This document shows, piece by piece, positions 55,082-64,000 of a stretch of DNA of 64,000 nucleotides; the stretch's first letter is position 1, and each line of letters begins with the position of its first letter. The notes under the pieces were generated by a model. The model saw nothing but the letters and a program-made list of their open reading frames with translations. It was not told where the DNA came from and did not search any database. The translations under genes and the position numbers were made by a program. The DNA comes from Spirochaetia bacterium (GTDB lineage Bacteria; Spirochaetota; Spirochaetia; CADAEX01), in contig JAFSOR010000027.1 in assembly GCA_017446885.1 (NCBI GenBank), forward strand, positions 38,954-102,953. The letters are read 5' to 3'.

Positions 55082-55333
55082 ATGGCTATCAGAGGAGAAA
55101 TTTTTTCATCGCAGGTTCAGACCGAGAAGAGGACATATTTTTTCAACGTCAAGGAGAACAGGATGGGCAGCCATTTCCTGAACCTGGTCGAGAGCACCAA
55201 GAAACCCGATGGTTCCTTTGACCGCCACTCCATTATGATTTACGAAGAAGATATAGATAACTTTATGAGGGAACTTAACCGGGCTTTCAAGGTATTCAAG
55301 AAAGAGAAGAGTGGAAACTCCTTCGGTGAATAG
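55082..55333 (+). CDS. PUR-alpha-like nucleic-acid-binding protein (DUF3276)
   Basis: 83 aa from the internal Met after an AAGGAGAG SD. IFSSQVQTEKRTYFFNVKENRMGSHFLNLVES resembles a PUR repeat. Confidence 0.7.
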   Translation: MAIRGEIFSSQVQTEKRTYFFNVKENRMGSHFLNLVESTKKPDGSFDRHSIMIYEEDIDNFMRELNRAFKVFKKEKSGNSFGE

Positions 55334-55856
55334 GGCTTAAGCCATACTTTGCCACAGCCTCGCGGTGAGCTTTGGTGGGGTATCCCTTGTGTTTCTCAAA
55401 CCCGTAACGGCCATCTATCTTAGCATAATCCACCATCCACTTATCCCGCTGAACCTTGGCCAGTATAGAGGCTGCCATAATCTCATGAATCTTGTCATCC
55501 CCTTTCACTATCGCTTCCATAGGGATATCGGTATCTATAGGTGGAGTAAAAAGGCCATCAACAAGTATCAAATCGGGGTGAACAGGCACCGACATAGAAA
55601 GCCATGCCCGTTTCATTGCCAGAAGCGATGCCTTAAGAATATTAATCTGGTCAATCTCCTCTGGCCACACCCAGCCGGTGCCGTATGAAACTGCTTTTTC
55701 TATTATGATTTCGTAGGCGTCAAGACGCTTTTTCTCGGACAGCTTCTTGGAATCGGCCAGAATCTCTACAGGAAAACCGGGGCCAAGCACCACAGCCGAC
55801 GCCACCACCGGACCAGCCAATGGGCCACGTCCTACCTCGTCCATTCCGCATATCAT
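55296..55856 (-). CDS. rnhB: ribonuclease HII
   Basis: 186 aa. GMDEVGRGPLAGPVV and DSKKLS motifs. Confidence 0.9.
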   Translation of the reverse strand: MICGMDEVGRGPLAGPVVASAVVLGPGFPVEILADSKKLSEKKRLDAYEIIIEKAVSYGTGWVWPEEIDQINILKASLLAMKRAWLSMSVPVHPDLILVDGLFTPPIDTDIPMEAIVKGDDKIHEIMAASILAKVQRDKWMVDYAKIDGRYGFEKHKGYPTKAHREAVAKYGLSPIHRRSFHSSLS

Positions 55857-55858
55857 AT

Positions 55859-57214
55859 TTATTTGCCCAGCCGCTTATCAAGCCAGTCTGATACGCCAGA
55901 CACTTTCCTGAGTTCTGGAACCAGAAGTTCTGCGTTTGCCTTGAATGGGTTGTCCTCCATCTCTAAAAGTTTGGCGACAGGCTCAAGAATCTCGGATTTC
56001 TCGCCGTTCCTTACCCGCATAAGGTACACGGTAAGCTCGTCTGGCAGCAGTATGTTCTCGCCATTCTTAAGGTCGTACAGCTGTCCCAGGGCCTTTTTAG
56101 TCTCTATGCCGAACCTGGATGCAGGATTGGACAGTATGCACTGCTCCATAAGAGGCTGGTCCTCAAGGGTAAGAAGATTGTTCTTCCGTATAGAGGTCCA
56201 CAGATAGTAGTAGTACCCCTGGAACAGAGGGAATTTGCCCTCCAGGGCGCCGAATGCATTGACTATCTCGGGTGCAGTCTTGCTGCCGTTTGCCCTGCAT
56301 GCCATCTGCAGGTACGAATAGTAATTTAGGGGAACCTCTGGAATTATTGAATCAAAGATTGCAGAGGCTGCATCAAAATCCTCGTCCATATAGGCCTTGA
56401 AACCATCAAGAAATTTTACATGTGGAGAATCTGGAGTAAAGTTTGCCTTGGCCTGGTCTATAGCGGTATAGACGTTTTCATCCTGAATCTTGCCCAGGAA
56501 CCTCATGCGGTCCATCTCGGAGAATGTCGCCACCAGGGCGCTTATCATGTATCCTGCCTGCTCCAGGTTCTGGGCCTGCTGTATGCCTATACCTGTTATA
56601 GTGGGCTTGCGGATAAGGAATTCATCTGCAACCGAGACTACAATGCTAAGGTTGTCTATGCTGTCGGGTTCGTTGCCTAAAAGAGAAAGAAGGTAGAACA
56701 TATCCTCGTCTGTGAACTTTTCGGGGTTGGCAGTCCACTGCTCTTTCATAAGCTTGAGTGCGCTTATGGGGTCTTCCTTGTTGGCATATGCCTTGGCCAT
56801 AGTTATGGTGACACCCAGCGGATCTTCCTTGTTGAACTCCAGGGCCTGCTTTGCATAATCTATGGATTTATTAGGGTCCTGGTTCTTGAATGAATACTGC
56901 GCCATGTTGGTATAAAACACATATTTCTCGCCATCGTTGGTCGATTTTTTTACCAGGGGCAGACCTGCTTTAAGGTAGTCGCCTGCAGGTTTGATTTCGT
57001 TTTTCACCAAAAGCATTCCCGAGATATTTATCTTGAGCATAAGGACATTCGGATATTTCTTATCAAGCGCAATAAGCCCCTCAAGAAGCTCATCGCCTGT
57101 CTTCTCCTGAAGCAGTGTCTCCATCTCCTTAAGATAGCTGTCGTCTGCCTGCTTAGAACAGGAAGTTAATGCCAAAAGGGCAACTAAAAGAATAAGCACC
57201 AGTTTCTTAAACAT
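55859..57214 (-). CDS. hypothetical helical-repeat (TPR-like) lipoprotein
   Basis: 451 aa. Lipobox LLALTSCSK. Confidence 0.6.
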   Translation of the reverse strand: MFKKLVLILLVALLALTSCSKQADDSYLKEMETLLQEKTGDELLEGLIALDKKYPNVLMLKINISGMLLVKNEIKPAGDYLKAGLPLVKKSTNDGEKYVFYTNMAQYSFKNQDPNKSIDYAKQALEFNKEDPLGVTITMAKAYANKEDPISALKLMKEQWTANPEKFTDEDMFYLLSLLGNEPDSIDNLSIVVSVADEFLIRKPTITGIGIQQAQNLEQAGYMISALVATFSEMDRMRFLGKIQDENVYTAIDQAKANFTPDSPHVKFLDGFKAYMDEDFDAASAIFDSIIPEVPLNYYSYLQMACRANGSKTAPEIVNAFGALEGKFPLFQGYYYYLWTSIRKNNLLTLEDQPLMEQCILSNPASRFGIETKKALGQLYDLKNGENILLPDELTVYLMRVRNGEKSEILEPVAKLLEMEDNPFKANAELLVPELRKVSGVSDWLDKRLGK

Positions 57215-58160
57215 GTGATCCTCCGAATATATCTATCAGCTCATCAGGGCTATGTATCAAAATATCTGCACCGCATTCTGTAAGCTTATGCGATGCAAGG
57301 TCTTTATCTGGGGCAGAATAGGCAATTCCCACAGCAATATAATGGTAGCGTGAGTTTTTTGCCGCCTTCATGTCATCGCCCACATCTCCGAAATAATACA
57401 ATTTTTCTGCCTCTGGATACAAGGAGGCAATGTAGTCCAGCATAAATGGATCTGGCTTTCCCAGCGCCACACGGCAGCCGGTCTTTTCCAGTATCCGCTT
57501 CTCCTCGGCCTCGCATTCATCAAGCGATACAACTGTAGAGAACATATCAAGACCATGTTTTTCAAGCGGATAAAGAGCCTCGCTCCGTGGGCGTCCTGTG
57601 GCTATGGCAAGGGTGCCACTTTCTGCCAGCTTTTTAAGAAGCTCTTTCGGGGTAAAAAGCTTTTCCTTCAGGATAAGCCCTTCCTGCTTGCAATACTGCG
57701 GCGCAAAACCATAGGTCCTGGTAAAAAGCTCCTGCCCCAGATAAATCTCCTGGAATATCTGCTTTATAACATTGCCACTTCCAACATCGCCGGCATAGTA
57801 CGCATCGGCGGCCTTGGAGAGATGCCCGCTCTCCATTATGGCGGACAGCGGGCGTTCTGTGCTGTCCAGATACCTGGCCAAAGGCTCAACATCCCACTGG
57901 GCATGCTCTGTAAATCCGCCCGCATTCTCCGCCATAACCAACAGCAGGGATATGACCCTGTGTGTCATATCCCAATCGTTGTTAAGGCCGCCGCTCTGCT
58001 TTACAGCAGCCAGCTCCGAGAGCGAGAACAGCGGCGCTTTCAGTAGGTCGCCCCCCTTGCAGCCTTTTAAAAAAATATATGCAGCCTGCCGGGTCGCCTC
58101 GCGGTAAGAGGCAGAGACATCCACAAGTACCCCGTCCATATCAAAAACAAGCAGATTCAT
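57207..58160 (-). CDS. HAD-family hydrolase with a large cap insertion
   Basis: 317 aa. Motif I LVFDMDGVLVD and motif IV GDVGDD. Confidence 0.7.
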   Translation of the reverse strand: MNLLVFDMDGVLVDVSASYREATRQAAYIFLKGCKGGDLLKAPLFSLSELAAVKQSGGLNNDWDMTHRVISLLLVMAENAGGFTEHAQWDVEPLARYLDSTERPLSAIMESGHLSKAADAYYAGDVGSGNVIKQIFQEIYLGQELFTRTYGFAPQYCKQEGLILKEKLFTPKELLKKLAESGTLAIATGRPRSEALYPLEKHGLDMFSTVVSLDECEAEEKRILEKTGCRVALGKPDPFMLDYIASLYPEAEKLYYFGDVGDDMKAAKNSRYHYIAVGIAYSAPDKDLASHKLTECGADILIHSPDELIDIFGGSHV

Positions 58161-58170
58161 GCGGCTTTCC

Positions 58171-58854
58171 TCACACCAGGCTCTTGATTATTTCTGGAAC
58201 CATCTTTATCGATTCCATAAAGATAAAATGTTTGTCCTCGTACTTTTTCCACCCGTCCCGGGAGGCATCCACCAGAATCGGATACCTTGACCATTCCAGG
58301 AGCGGAATATCGTCCTGACTTGCCCCTATGACAATAGTGTTTTCGGGCGAAAGGCGCATGGTCTCCTCAAGGAATGCAATCTTATCCTCGCCGCGCCTGA
58401 AGTTGCATGTATAGTCCATAATCTGCCCGCTGTAGGATGATACATGGTTTCCTACAATGCCACGGAACAGGGTGTCGGCCCCTTTGAAATAGAGCGAGTT
58501 CTTTATAAGCGAATCGGTGCTGCAGCTGGCAATATAAAGCTCAAAGCCCTCGGCCTGCAGAATTCGCATGACATCCAAAGCCGGCTCCGATATTTTTGTG
58601 CTTAGTATTTTGGATACATTCTCAAGTATTATTGATGGCTGCCCTTTTATAAGAGAGCCTAAATGACCCCGAGTCCAGCTTTGCACAGCAGGACTTTTCT
58701 CATGCTTTAGCATGAAAGAGGCCATCAGCTTTTTCTTGAATAGAAGATAGTTGTTTGTACGGAGATAATCTATAAGGATATGGTCGCTGCTGTAGAAAGC
58801 AGAATACGGCATAAATGGAATAATTGTTCCATTATATCCCCATACAATGTTCAT
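58171..58854 (-). CDS. HAD-IB-like protein with a degenerate motif I
   Basis: 227 aa. WGYNGT sits where DxDxT is expected, but a later GASQDD motif IV-like element is retained. Confidence 0.45.
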   Translation of the reverse strand: MNIVWGYNGTIIPFMPYSAFYSSDHILIDYLRTNNYLLFKKKLMASFMLKHEKSPAVQSWTRGHLGSLIKGQPSIILENVSKILSTKISEPALDVMRILQAEGFELYIASCSTDSLIKNSLYFKGADTLFRGIVGNHVSSYSGQIMDYTCNFRRGEDKIAFLEETMRLSPENTIVIGASQDDIPLLEWSRYPILVDASRDGWKKYEDKHFIFMESIKMVPEIIKSLV

Positions 58855-58868
58855 TTAACGTAGTCTGA

Positions 58869-59072
58869 TCAGCCTTTGATTCCGTACTTCTTGTTGAACC
58901 GCTCTACTCTTCCTGCTGTGTCAACCAGCTTCTCTTTTCCTGTGAAGAAAGGATGGCAAGCGGAGCAGATTTCAACCTGGATATCGCCTACAGAAGAACC
59001 AGTCTCAATAACGTTTCCACATGCACATGTGATTTTTGCTGGCTTGTAATCTGGATGTATACCCTTTTTCAT
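58869..59072 (-). CDS. rpmE: 50S ribosomal protein L31
   Basis: 67 aa. MKKGIHPDY, CxC...CxxCHPF. Confidence 0.95.
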   Translation of the reverse strand: MKKGIHPDYKPAKITCACGNVIETGSSVGDIQVEICSACHPFFTGKEKLVDTAGRVERFNKKYGIKG

Positions 59073-59098
59073 ATATATTCCTCCAATAAATATCTATA

Positions 59099-60598
59099 TT
59101 ATACCTCTGCCGGTCCAGTTGTGTTCATAGACCGTAAGAATGCTTCATTATTCTTTGTTTTTTGCATTCTGTCAATCAGCATTTCAATAATTTCTACATC
59201 ATCCATAGGATTTATTACTTTTCTGAGCACCCAAATCTTCTTGAGTTCTTCCTCTGACAGGAGCAGGTCCTCCCTTCTGGTTCCCGATTTCTTTATGTTG
59301 ATGGCTGGGTAGAGTCTGCGGTCTGCAATCTTCCGGTCCAGAACCATCTCCATGTTACCGGTACCCTTGAATTCCTCGAATATAACCTCGTCCATGCGGC
59401 TTCCAGTCTCGATAAGAGCTGTAGCTATTATGGTAAGGCTTCCTCCGTTCTCTATATTACGGGCTGCACCGAAGAATCTTTTTGGCTTGTGCAGGGCATT
59501 TGAGTCCACACCGCCGGAAAGAATCTTGCCCGATGTAGGCACTGTCTGGTTATAGGCCCTTGCCAGCCTGGTTATGGAGTCCAACAGTATGACAACATCC
59601 TTCTTGTGCTCCACCATACGCTTTGCCCGTTCAATCACCATCTCGGCCACCTGGACATGGCGCGAAGCCTGCTCGTCGAATGTGGATGCAATTACCTCGC
59701 CCTTAACATTGCGCCGCATATCGGTAACTTCTTCGGGCCGCTCATCTATAAGGAGCAGGATAAGGTTTATCTCGGGATGATTCTCGGTTATAGCATTTGC
59801 AATCTTTTGCAGAATTACAGTTTTTCCAGACCGTGGTGGCGATACTATAAGACCGCGCTGCCCTTTTCCGATAGGACAGAACAGGTTTATCATGCGGGTG
59901 CATGGGTCGCCCGACTCTGTCTCCATGTTGATCCGCTCATCGGGGAACAGCGGGATAAGGTTGTCGAACGGAACTCTGGTCTGTGCCACAACAGGGTCAT
60001 CGCCGTTAATCTGTTCCACCCGGAGCATTGCAAAGTATTTCTCGCCCTCTTTCGGAGGCCTTATCTGACCCGATACAATATCGCCAGTCTTAAGGTTGAA
60101 AAGCCGTATCTGGGACGGAGATATATAGATATCGTCGGAACCTGGCAGATAGCTGTTCTGCGGGGAACGGAGGAACCCGAAGCCCTCGGGCAGGTTCTCT
60201 AGGGAACCATAGGCATAGATTATGCCGCCTGCGGCAGTATGTGCTTTCAATATCTGGAAAATAAGGTCCTGTTTCTTGAAACTTCCCAGGTTCTCGTGCG
60301 GAACACCCATCTCCAGGGCTTTCTGCCTAAGTTCCAGAAGCCCCAGCTGGGTAAGGTCGTTTATGCTGAGCTTGCTGCGGCCTTCCTGGTTCTCGGCAGC
60401 CTGGGCCTGAGCAGGAGCAGCTGCAGGGGAAATGCCCTGGGTCTCTGTAACAGGGGACTCTGCTGTCCTATGCCTGCGTGATATTACCCGCCGCTTGCGT
60501 ACAACAGGTTCTGATTCTGGTTTGATTTCTGTGTTTTCCACCTGATTTTCAATGCGGTTCTCTTCTTCAAACATAAAAAAGAAAAACTCCTTCTTCAA
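59099..60598 (-). CDS. rho: transcription termination factor Rho (with an N-terminal insertion)
   Basis: 499 aa. P-loop PPRSGKT, RNA-binding domain GFGFLR. The start is TTG at 60598 or ATG at 60574. Confidence 0.95.
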   Translation of the reverse strand: MKKEFFFFMFEEENRIENQVENTEIKPESEPVVRKRRVISRRHRTAESPVTETQGISPAAAPAQAQAAENQEGRSKLSINDLTQLGLLELRQKALEMGVPHENLGSFKKQDLIFQILKAHTAAGGIIYAYGSLENLPEGFGFLRSPQNSYLPGSDDIYISPSQIRLFNLKTGDIVSGQIRPPKEGEKYFAMLRVEQINGDDPVVAQTRVPFDNLIPLFPDERINMETESGDPCTRMINLFCPIGKGQRGLIVSPPRSGKTVILQKIANAITENHPEINLILLLIDERPEEVTDMRRNVKGEVIASTFDEQASRHVQVAEMVIERAKRMVEHKKDVVILLDSITRLARAYNQTVPTSGKILSGGVDSNALHKPKRFFGAARNIENGGSLTIIATALIETGSRMDEVIFEEFKGTGNMEMVLDRKIADRRLYPAINIKKSGTRREDLLLSEEELKKIWVLRKVINPMDDVEIIEMLIDRMQKTKNNEAFLRSMNTTGPAEV

Positions 60599-60679
60599 AA
60601 TTCACTTTTAAAACAATTATTTTCAACAATGAGATTCAGCTGAACTGATTTGATTTTTGTATCTTTATTTAATTTTATT

Positions 60680-60708
60680 AAAAAGAGGGGAAATATGTCA
60701 ACCCCCCT
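60680..60708 (-). terminator. possible terminator after the bactofilin gene
   Basis: Minus strand: GGGGGG-ttgacatattt-CCCCTC followed by T5. Confidence 0.4.
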
Positions 60709-60713
60709 GTTTA

Positions 60714-61130
60714 TCAGCCCTGAAGGGATTTCTTAAGCTCCTCGCGGTTGGAGGCGAACAGGTCTATATCCTGATTCTGCTTTATCATGCTGCACCGGCC
60801 TTCAAAGAAGACACCGTCGGCAACTTTAAGCTTTGCAGCCTTGACATCGCCGCATACACAGCTGCCGCTGGTCATCTCAAGCCTGTCTTCCACCTCTATG
60901 TTTCCAACAACCTTTCCAGATATAACTGCAGCATAGGCTTTGATATCTGCATTTACCTCGGCACCGGCAGCCACATTCAGAAATCCTGTGGATTCGATTA
61001 TTCCGTGGAAGCGCCCGCAGATCCTGAGCGATTTGGAAAAACGCAATGTCCCGTCCAGCGAGGCATCCTTGCCCAGAAGCGCTGCTGTCTTTTCTATATC
61101 TTTTGGAACTCTGTTATTACTGGAAAACAT
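60714..61130 (-). CDS. bactofilin (DUF583 polymer-forming cytoskeletal protein)
   Basis: 138 aa with repetitive beta-helix segments (GxxxGxI/V pattern). Confidence 0.85.
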   Translation of the reverse strand: MFSSNNRVPKDIEKTAALLGKDASLDGTLRFSKSLRICGRFHGIIESTGFLNVAAGAEVNADIKAYAAVISGKVVGNIEVEDRLEMTSGSCVCGDVKAAKLKVADGVFFEGRCSMIKQNQDIDLFASNREELKKSLQG

Positions 61131-61145
61131 TTACTTACCTTCTTA

Positions 61146-62720
61146 TTATATTTTCTTACACTTAAGCACTGTTGTCAATAGCACGCCCAGCACAAGCAGC
61201 ACAGCTGCAATTGCAGCACACGCTATACCAAACCAGTCGCCCCACCTGGTGTACAGCGTAGTGGTGGCGTCGTACACAGGGATATCGGCAATCAGGTAGC
61301 CCTCTATAAAAGGCTCCATCTCGGCGACCCGGCGGCCCGATGGATCAATGACACAGGTTATGCCGCTGTTGGTGCTGCGCACCACGGTCCGCCGGTTCTC
61401 GTAGGCTCTGAATGCTGCCATAGCCATATGCTGCATCTCGGCAGGCACCGAGTAGGCCCAGCCGTCGTTGGACAGGTTTACTATGACCTGGGCTCCGCTA
61501 TGCACAAAGGAACGCGACAGGTCGCCAAAGCTGTCCTCGAAGCAGATAGGGGTTGAGAACTTAAAGCCTGCAGCATCAAACACAGTGTACTCGGTGCCGG
61601 GAATCCAGAAGTGGGTATCCCAGTCCACCAGGAAGTTGTATATGAACGGAAGCTGCTTTTTATATGGGAAATGCTCAGTGAACGGCACCAGATGTATCTT
61701 CCGGTACACCTTGGTTATCTGGCCGCCTTCGAAAAGGAGGGCCGAGTTGTGGTCCTGCCTGACCTGCTGCTTAGTCTCTTCGTCAAAGCCCAGCACACCC
61801 TCGTTGTTGCCCAAGACAAAAGGCACTGTCTGCCTGTCCATGTAATCCCTGAGCTCCTTTACCATTTTATAGTATCCGGGGTCGGTGCGGTAACGGGTGT
61901 GCCAGTCTATGGATGGGACAAAGGAAGTTTCGGACCACACCACAATGTCGGGCTTGCCGGCCGGGTCTTCCATAGCCTGGGTGCTCATCTTTGTCAGGCG
62001 TCTAAGGGCCTCGCGGTATGTGGCGTCGCCGCCCTGCCACGGGTCTATGTTCTGCTGTATAAGGGCGGCTTTCTTTGTCGGGCAGGAAGAATAGTCATAG
62101 CCTGTGACAAAGCCGTATACCAGCACCAGGGCAAACACACAGGTGTATGCGGAAGCGGCAACCTTTGTATGCATCTTTACGCCGTTTTGCATACAGTGTG
62201 CAATAAGGGCCGATGGAAAGACCAAAAGTGCCGATACCCCCCATACGCCTGTAAGGGCGGCAACCCGGGCTACAACCGGGACAGAGTACTGGGTGTAGCC
62301 AAGTATGCCGTATGGATAGCCCAGAAAGCCCTTGGTGCGCAGATATTCGTAGCCTATCCAGATAATGCTCTGAACCAGAAAGCCCCATCGGGGAAACGCT
62401 GTGTCGGCCAGCTTAAGGGCTGGGAAAAGGAAAAAATAGTAAACTGCATAAAGTGCAGGAATTATCACAATTGCAGGGGGATAGAATATGCCCAGCCAGT
62501 AGTTGAAAAGGGCATAGGATACAAGGCCGAACGCAAAGCCCCACAGGGGTGCAGTCTTAAGCCTTATATGGCGTATAGCCATGAACATGGGGACAAGGCA
62601 GAAATATCCTAAAACAGGAAAACCTTTGTCGCTTATGAATGAGGGAAATGATAATGCAAATAGGATTGCGGAACAGGATAGAAGAAACAGCGGTTTACTC
62701 TTTTCTAAGCGACCAGACAC
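61146..62720 (-). CDS. lnt: apolipoprotein N-acyltransferase
   Basis: 524 aa. N-terminal polytopic region plus a CN-hydrolase domain (WSE, CFE motifs). Confidence 0.9.
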   Translation of the reverse strand: MSGRLEKSKPLFLLSCSAILFALSFPSFISDKGFPVLGYFCLVPMFMAIRHIRLKTAPLWGFAFGLVSYALFNYWLGIFYPPAIVIIPALYAVYYFFLFPALKLADTAFPRWGFLVQSIIWIGYEYLRTKGFLGYPYGILGYTQYSVPVVARVAALTGVWGVSALLVFPSALIAHCMQNGVKMHTKVAASAYTCVFALVLVYGFVTGYDYSSCPTKKAALIQQNIDPWQGGDATYREALRRLTKMSTQAMEDPAGKPDIVVWSETSFVPSIDWHTRYRTDPGYYKMVKELRDYMDRQTVPFVLGNNEGVLGFDEETKQQVRQDHNSALLFEGGQITKVYRKIHLVPFTEHFPYKKQLPFIYNFLVDWDTHFWIPGTEYTVFDAAGFKFSTPICFEDSFGDLSRSFVHSGAQVIVNLSNDGWAYSVPAEMQHMAMAAFRAYENRRTVVRSTNSGITCVIDPSGRRVAEMEPFIEGYLIADIPVYDATTTLYTRWGDWFGIACAAIAAVLLVLGVLLTTVLKCKKI

Positions 62721-63045
62721 TGTTCTTAAGTTCCTTTCCAGGTCTAAATACGGCGGCTCCGTGAACCTCTACAGAGACACGCTCTCCAGTCTTTGGATTG
62801 TGAGCTTTTTCTCTTCCCCGTCTGGTTCTTACCTCGAAGGTGCCGAAGCCGCGTAATTCTACAGTTTGATCATTAAGTAGAGCTTTTTTAATCTCTTCAA
62901 AAACTTTGTCAACGATTATGTGGATATCTTTTTTGGTTATATCAAAGCCTGTGTCGTTATAGATGTTTTCTACTACGTCGTTTTTTGTAACTTTCTTTTC
63001 CACATTCACTCCAAAATTACAATAGGGATTGATATAACCGTCCAT
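62695..63045 (-). CDS. HU/IHF-family DNA-binding protein
   Basis: 116 aa. ELRGFGTFEVRTR...NPKTGE arm motif. TGATG overlap with the rpsT stop. The N-terminus may be shorter. Confidence 0.85.
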   Translation of the reverse strand: MDGYINPYCNFGVNVEKKVTKNDVVENIYNDTGFDITKKDIHIIVDKVFEEIKKALLNDQTVELRGFGTFEVRTRRGREKAHNPKTGERVSVEVHGAAVFRPGKELKNSVWSLRKE

Positions 63046-63299
63046 CAGCCGGCGATAAGCTTGTTAAGCTTCTTTGCCAATCTTGATTTCTTTCTTGCAA
63101 CAGTATTTTTGTGGTAAATGCCTTTGCCGGCAGCTGTGTCCATCTTCTTAGAAATAAGAACAAATGTCTTTTCAGCTGTCTCCTTGTCATTTCCCTCAAC
63201 TGCAGCAGTAAAATCTTTGATATAAGTTTTGACTTCGCTCTTTGTCATCTTGTTTCTAAGATGTCTTTTCAAACTCTGTCTGTACCTTTTCTCTGACAA
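63045..63299 (-). CDS. rpsT: 30S ribosomal protein S20
   Basis: 84 aa, basic helical protein (KRHLRNK...KNTVARKKSRL). Confidence 0.9.
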   Translation of the reverse strand: MSEKRYRQSLKRHLRNKMTKSEVKTYIKDFTAAVEGNDKETAEKTFVLISKKMDTAAGKGIYHKNTVARKKSRLAKKLNKLIAG

Positions 63300-63370
63300 C
63301 GATTTACTCCTTACATTAAGTTATTCGAAATTAACAGATAAAAATCAGATAGTCAATAAGACTCCGACTC

Positions 63371-63541
63371 TTATTTGAAATCGCTAGGTTTACGTTCCTG
63401 TCTCTTGCACTTCTCGCATTCAGCATAGTTCTTCTTCTTGCCGTTTGCAAAGATAGTCTTCATTTTAATCTCGCCACCACACGGACACAAAAACTTATGG
63501 GTTGATGAACCAACACGTGAGTTCTTACTTACCTGTGCCAT
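63371..63541 (-). CDS. small zinc-ribbon protein (55 aa)
   Basis: Start at the internal Met after GGAGGG. CPCGG...CEKC. Confidence 0.5.
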   Translation of the reverse strand: MAQVSKNSRVGSSTHKFLCPCGGEIKMKTIFANGKKKNYAECEKCKRQERKPSDFK

Positions 63542-63608
63542 GAATACCCTCCAAAAAAAATATACAGTCAATAAATATATTGACAATAAACATTTATGTC
63601 AAGAACTG

Positions 63609-64000
63609 TTATTTAGGCTCCTCTGTAACCAGCCATATCTTGCGCTCCGGGTCGAACATGAATCCCGATATAGGCATTACAAAGCCGGCACCGTCGGCAG
63701 CTGTTATTTTTACAGTCTTGGTAAGAATGTTGATCTCTGCAACCCGGTAGGTCTTGTCCTCGAACACTACACGGCTCCCCTCGTTGGGGTATTTCTTGCG
63801 CTCCTCGGCATAGAAGTCGTACTCGTAGGCCAGACAGCACAAAAGTCTTCCGCAGGCTCCCGATATCTTCATGGAGTTGAGGGAAAGATTCTGGTCCTTT
63901 GCCATCTTTATGGATACAGTGCGCAGTTTGTCGGTTATGCCGTGGCAGCAGTAGTCGCGCCCGCACATTCCAAGGCCGCCGCAGACCATGGCCTCGTCCC
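63609..64000 (-). CDS. PSP1-domain protein (RicT/YaaT-like), partial; N-terminus is off the right edge
   Basis: LSLNSMKISGACGRLLCCLAYE is the PSP1 C-terminal signature. The reading frame stays open to the window edge. Confidence 0.8.
   Translation of the reverse strand, partial: DEAMVCGGLGMCGRDYCCHGITDKLRTVSIKMAKDQNLSLNSMKISGACGRLLCCLAYEYDFYAEERKKYPNEGSRVVFEDKTYRVAEINILTKTVKITAADGAGFVMPISGFMFDPERKIWLVTEEPK

Noticed and set aside
1-64000. CRISPR arrays, rRNA genes, intact IS elements or integrases, prophage blocks
   Set aside because: Reading the intergenic regions and the ORF translations, I saw no regularly spaced direct repeats, no rRNA-like sequence, and no transposase, integrase or recombinase ORF.

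Overview
About 64 kb of bacterial chromosome, mostly housekeeping genes. Several features look spirochaete-like, though the taxon is only an inference: a class I LysRS, a PUR-alpha-like DUF3276 protein, a type III glutamine synthetase, and many lipoproteins with L-x-x-C lipoboxes. The core content is: a TRAP transporter (dctQ partial, dctP), rdgB, pepF, tRNA-Leu, an M24 aminopeptidase translationally coupled to leuS, trmL, yraN, the rpsP-KH-rimM-trmD-rplS cluster, ffh, rnc-acpP-rpmF, coaD, a U32 peptidase, rlmKL, a TolC-MFP-RND efflux operon with a divergent OmpR/HK pair, class I lysK, a PaaI thioesterase, a GT4 glycosyltransferase, a PfkB kinase, cca, tkt, an EamA transporter, cysK, glnN (type III), HAD hydrolases, tRNA-Gly, rnhB, rpmE, rho, bactofilin, lnt, HU, rpsT and a partial PSP1/RicT gene. 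Five things stand out. (1) A roughly 7 kb accessory island (about 37.76-44.77 kb) that looks AT-richer by eye. It carries a DUF4143 AAA ATPase, HigBA, a degraded Rpn-type nuclease remnant, a long WYL-domain regulator, small membrane proteins, and a patatin-like phospholipase preceded by a free-standing homologue of its own C-terminal domain. Three of the island's minus-strand transcription units share a 23-bp palindrome just upstream of their start codons. This is my best candidate for an undescribed, defence-like system. (2) A tightly packed six-gene operon (16.0-21.6 kb) that combines a REC-PP2C phosphatase, a STAS protein, an RsbW-like kinase and an [FeFe]-hydrogenase-like Fe-S protein with an ECF-type A1A2/T module. 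No sigma factor and no S component are encoded with it. (3) Two rod-like structured RNA candidates of about 220 nt each, at 23.4 kb and 39.6 kb. (4) A 20-nt duplication of the tRNA-Leu 3' end with a duplicated terminator. (5) A roughly 90-100 bp intergenic repeat shared by two loci. No CRISPR array, rRNA or intact IS element was seen. All homology calls come from recognising motifs by eye, and no database search was run.
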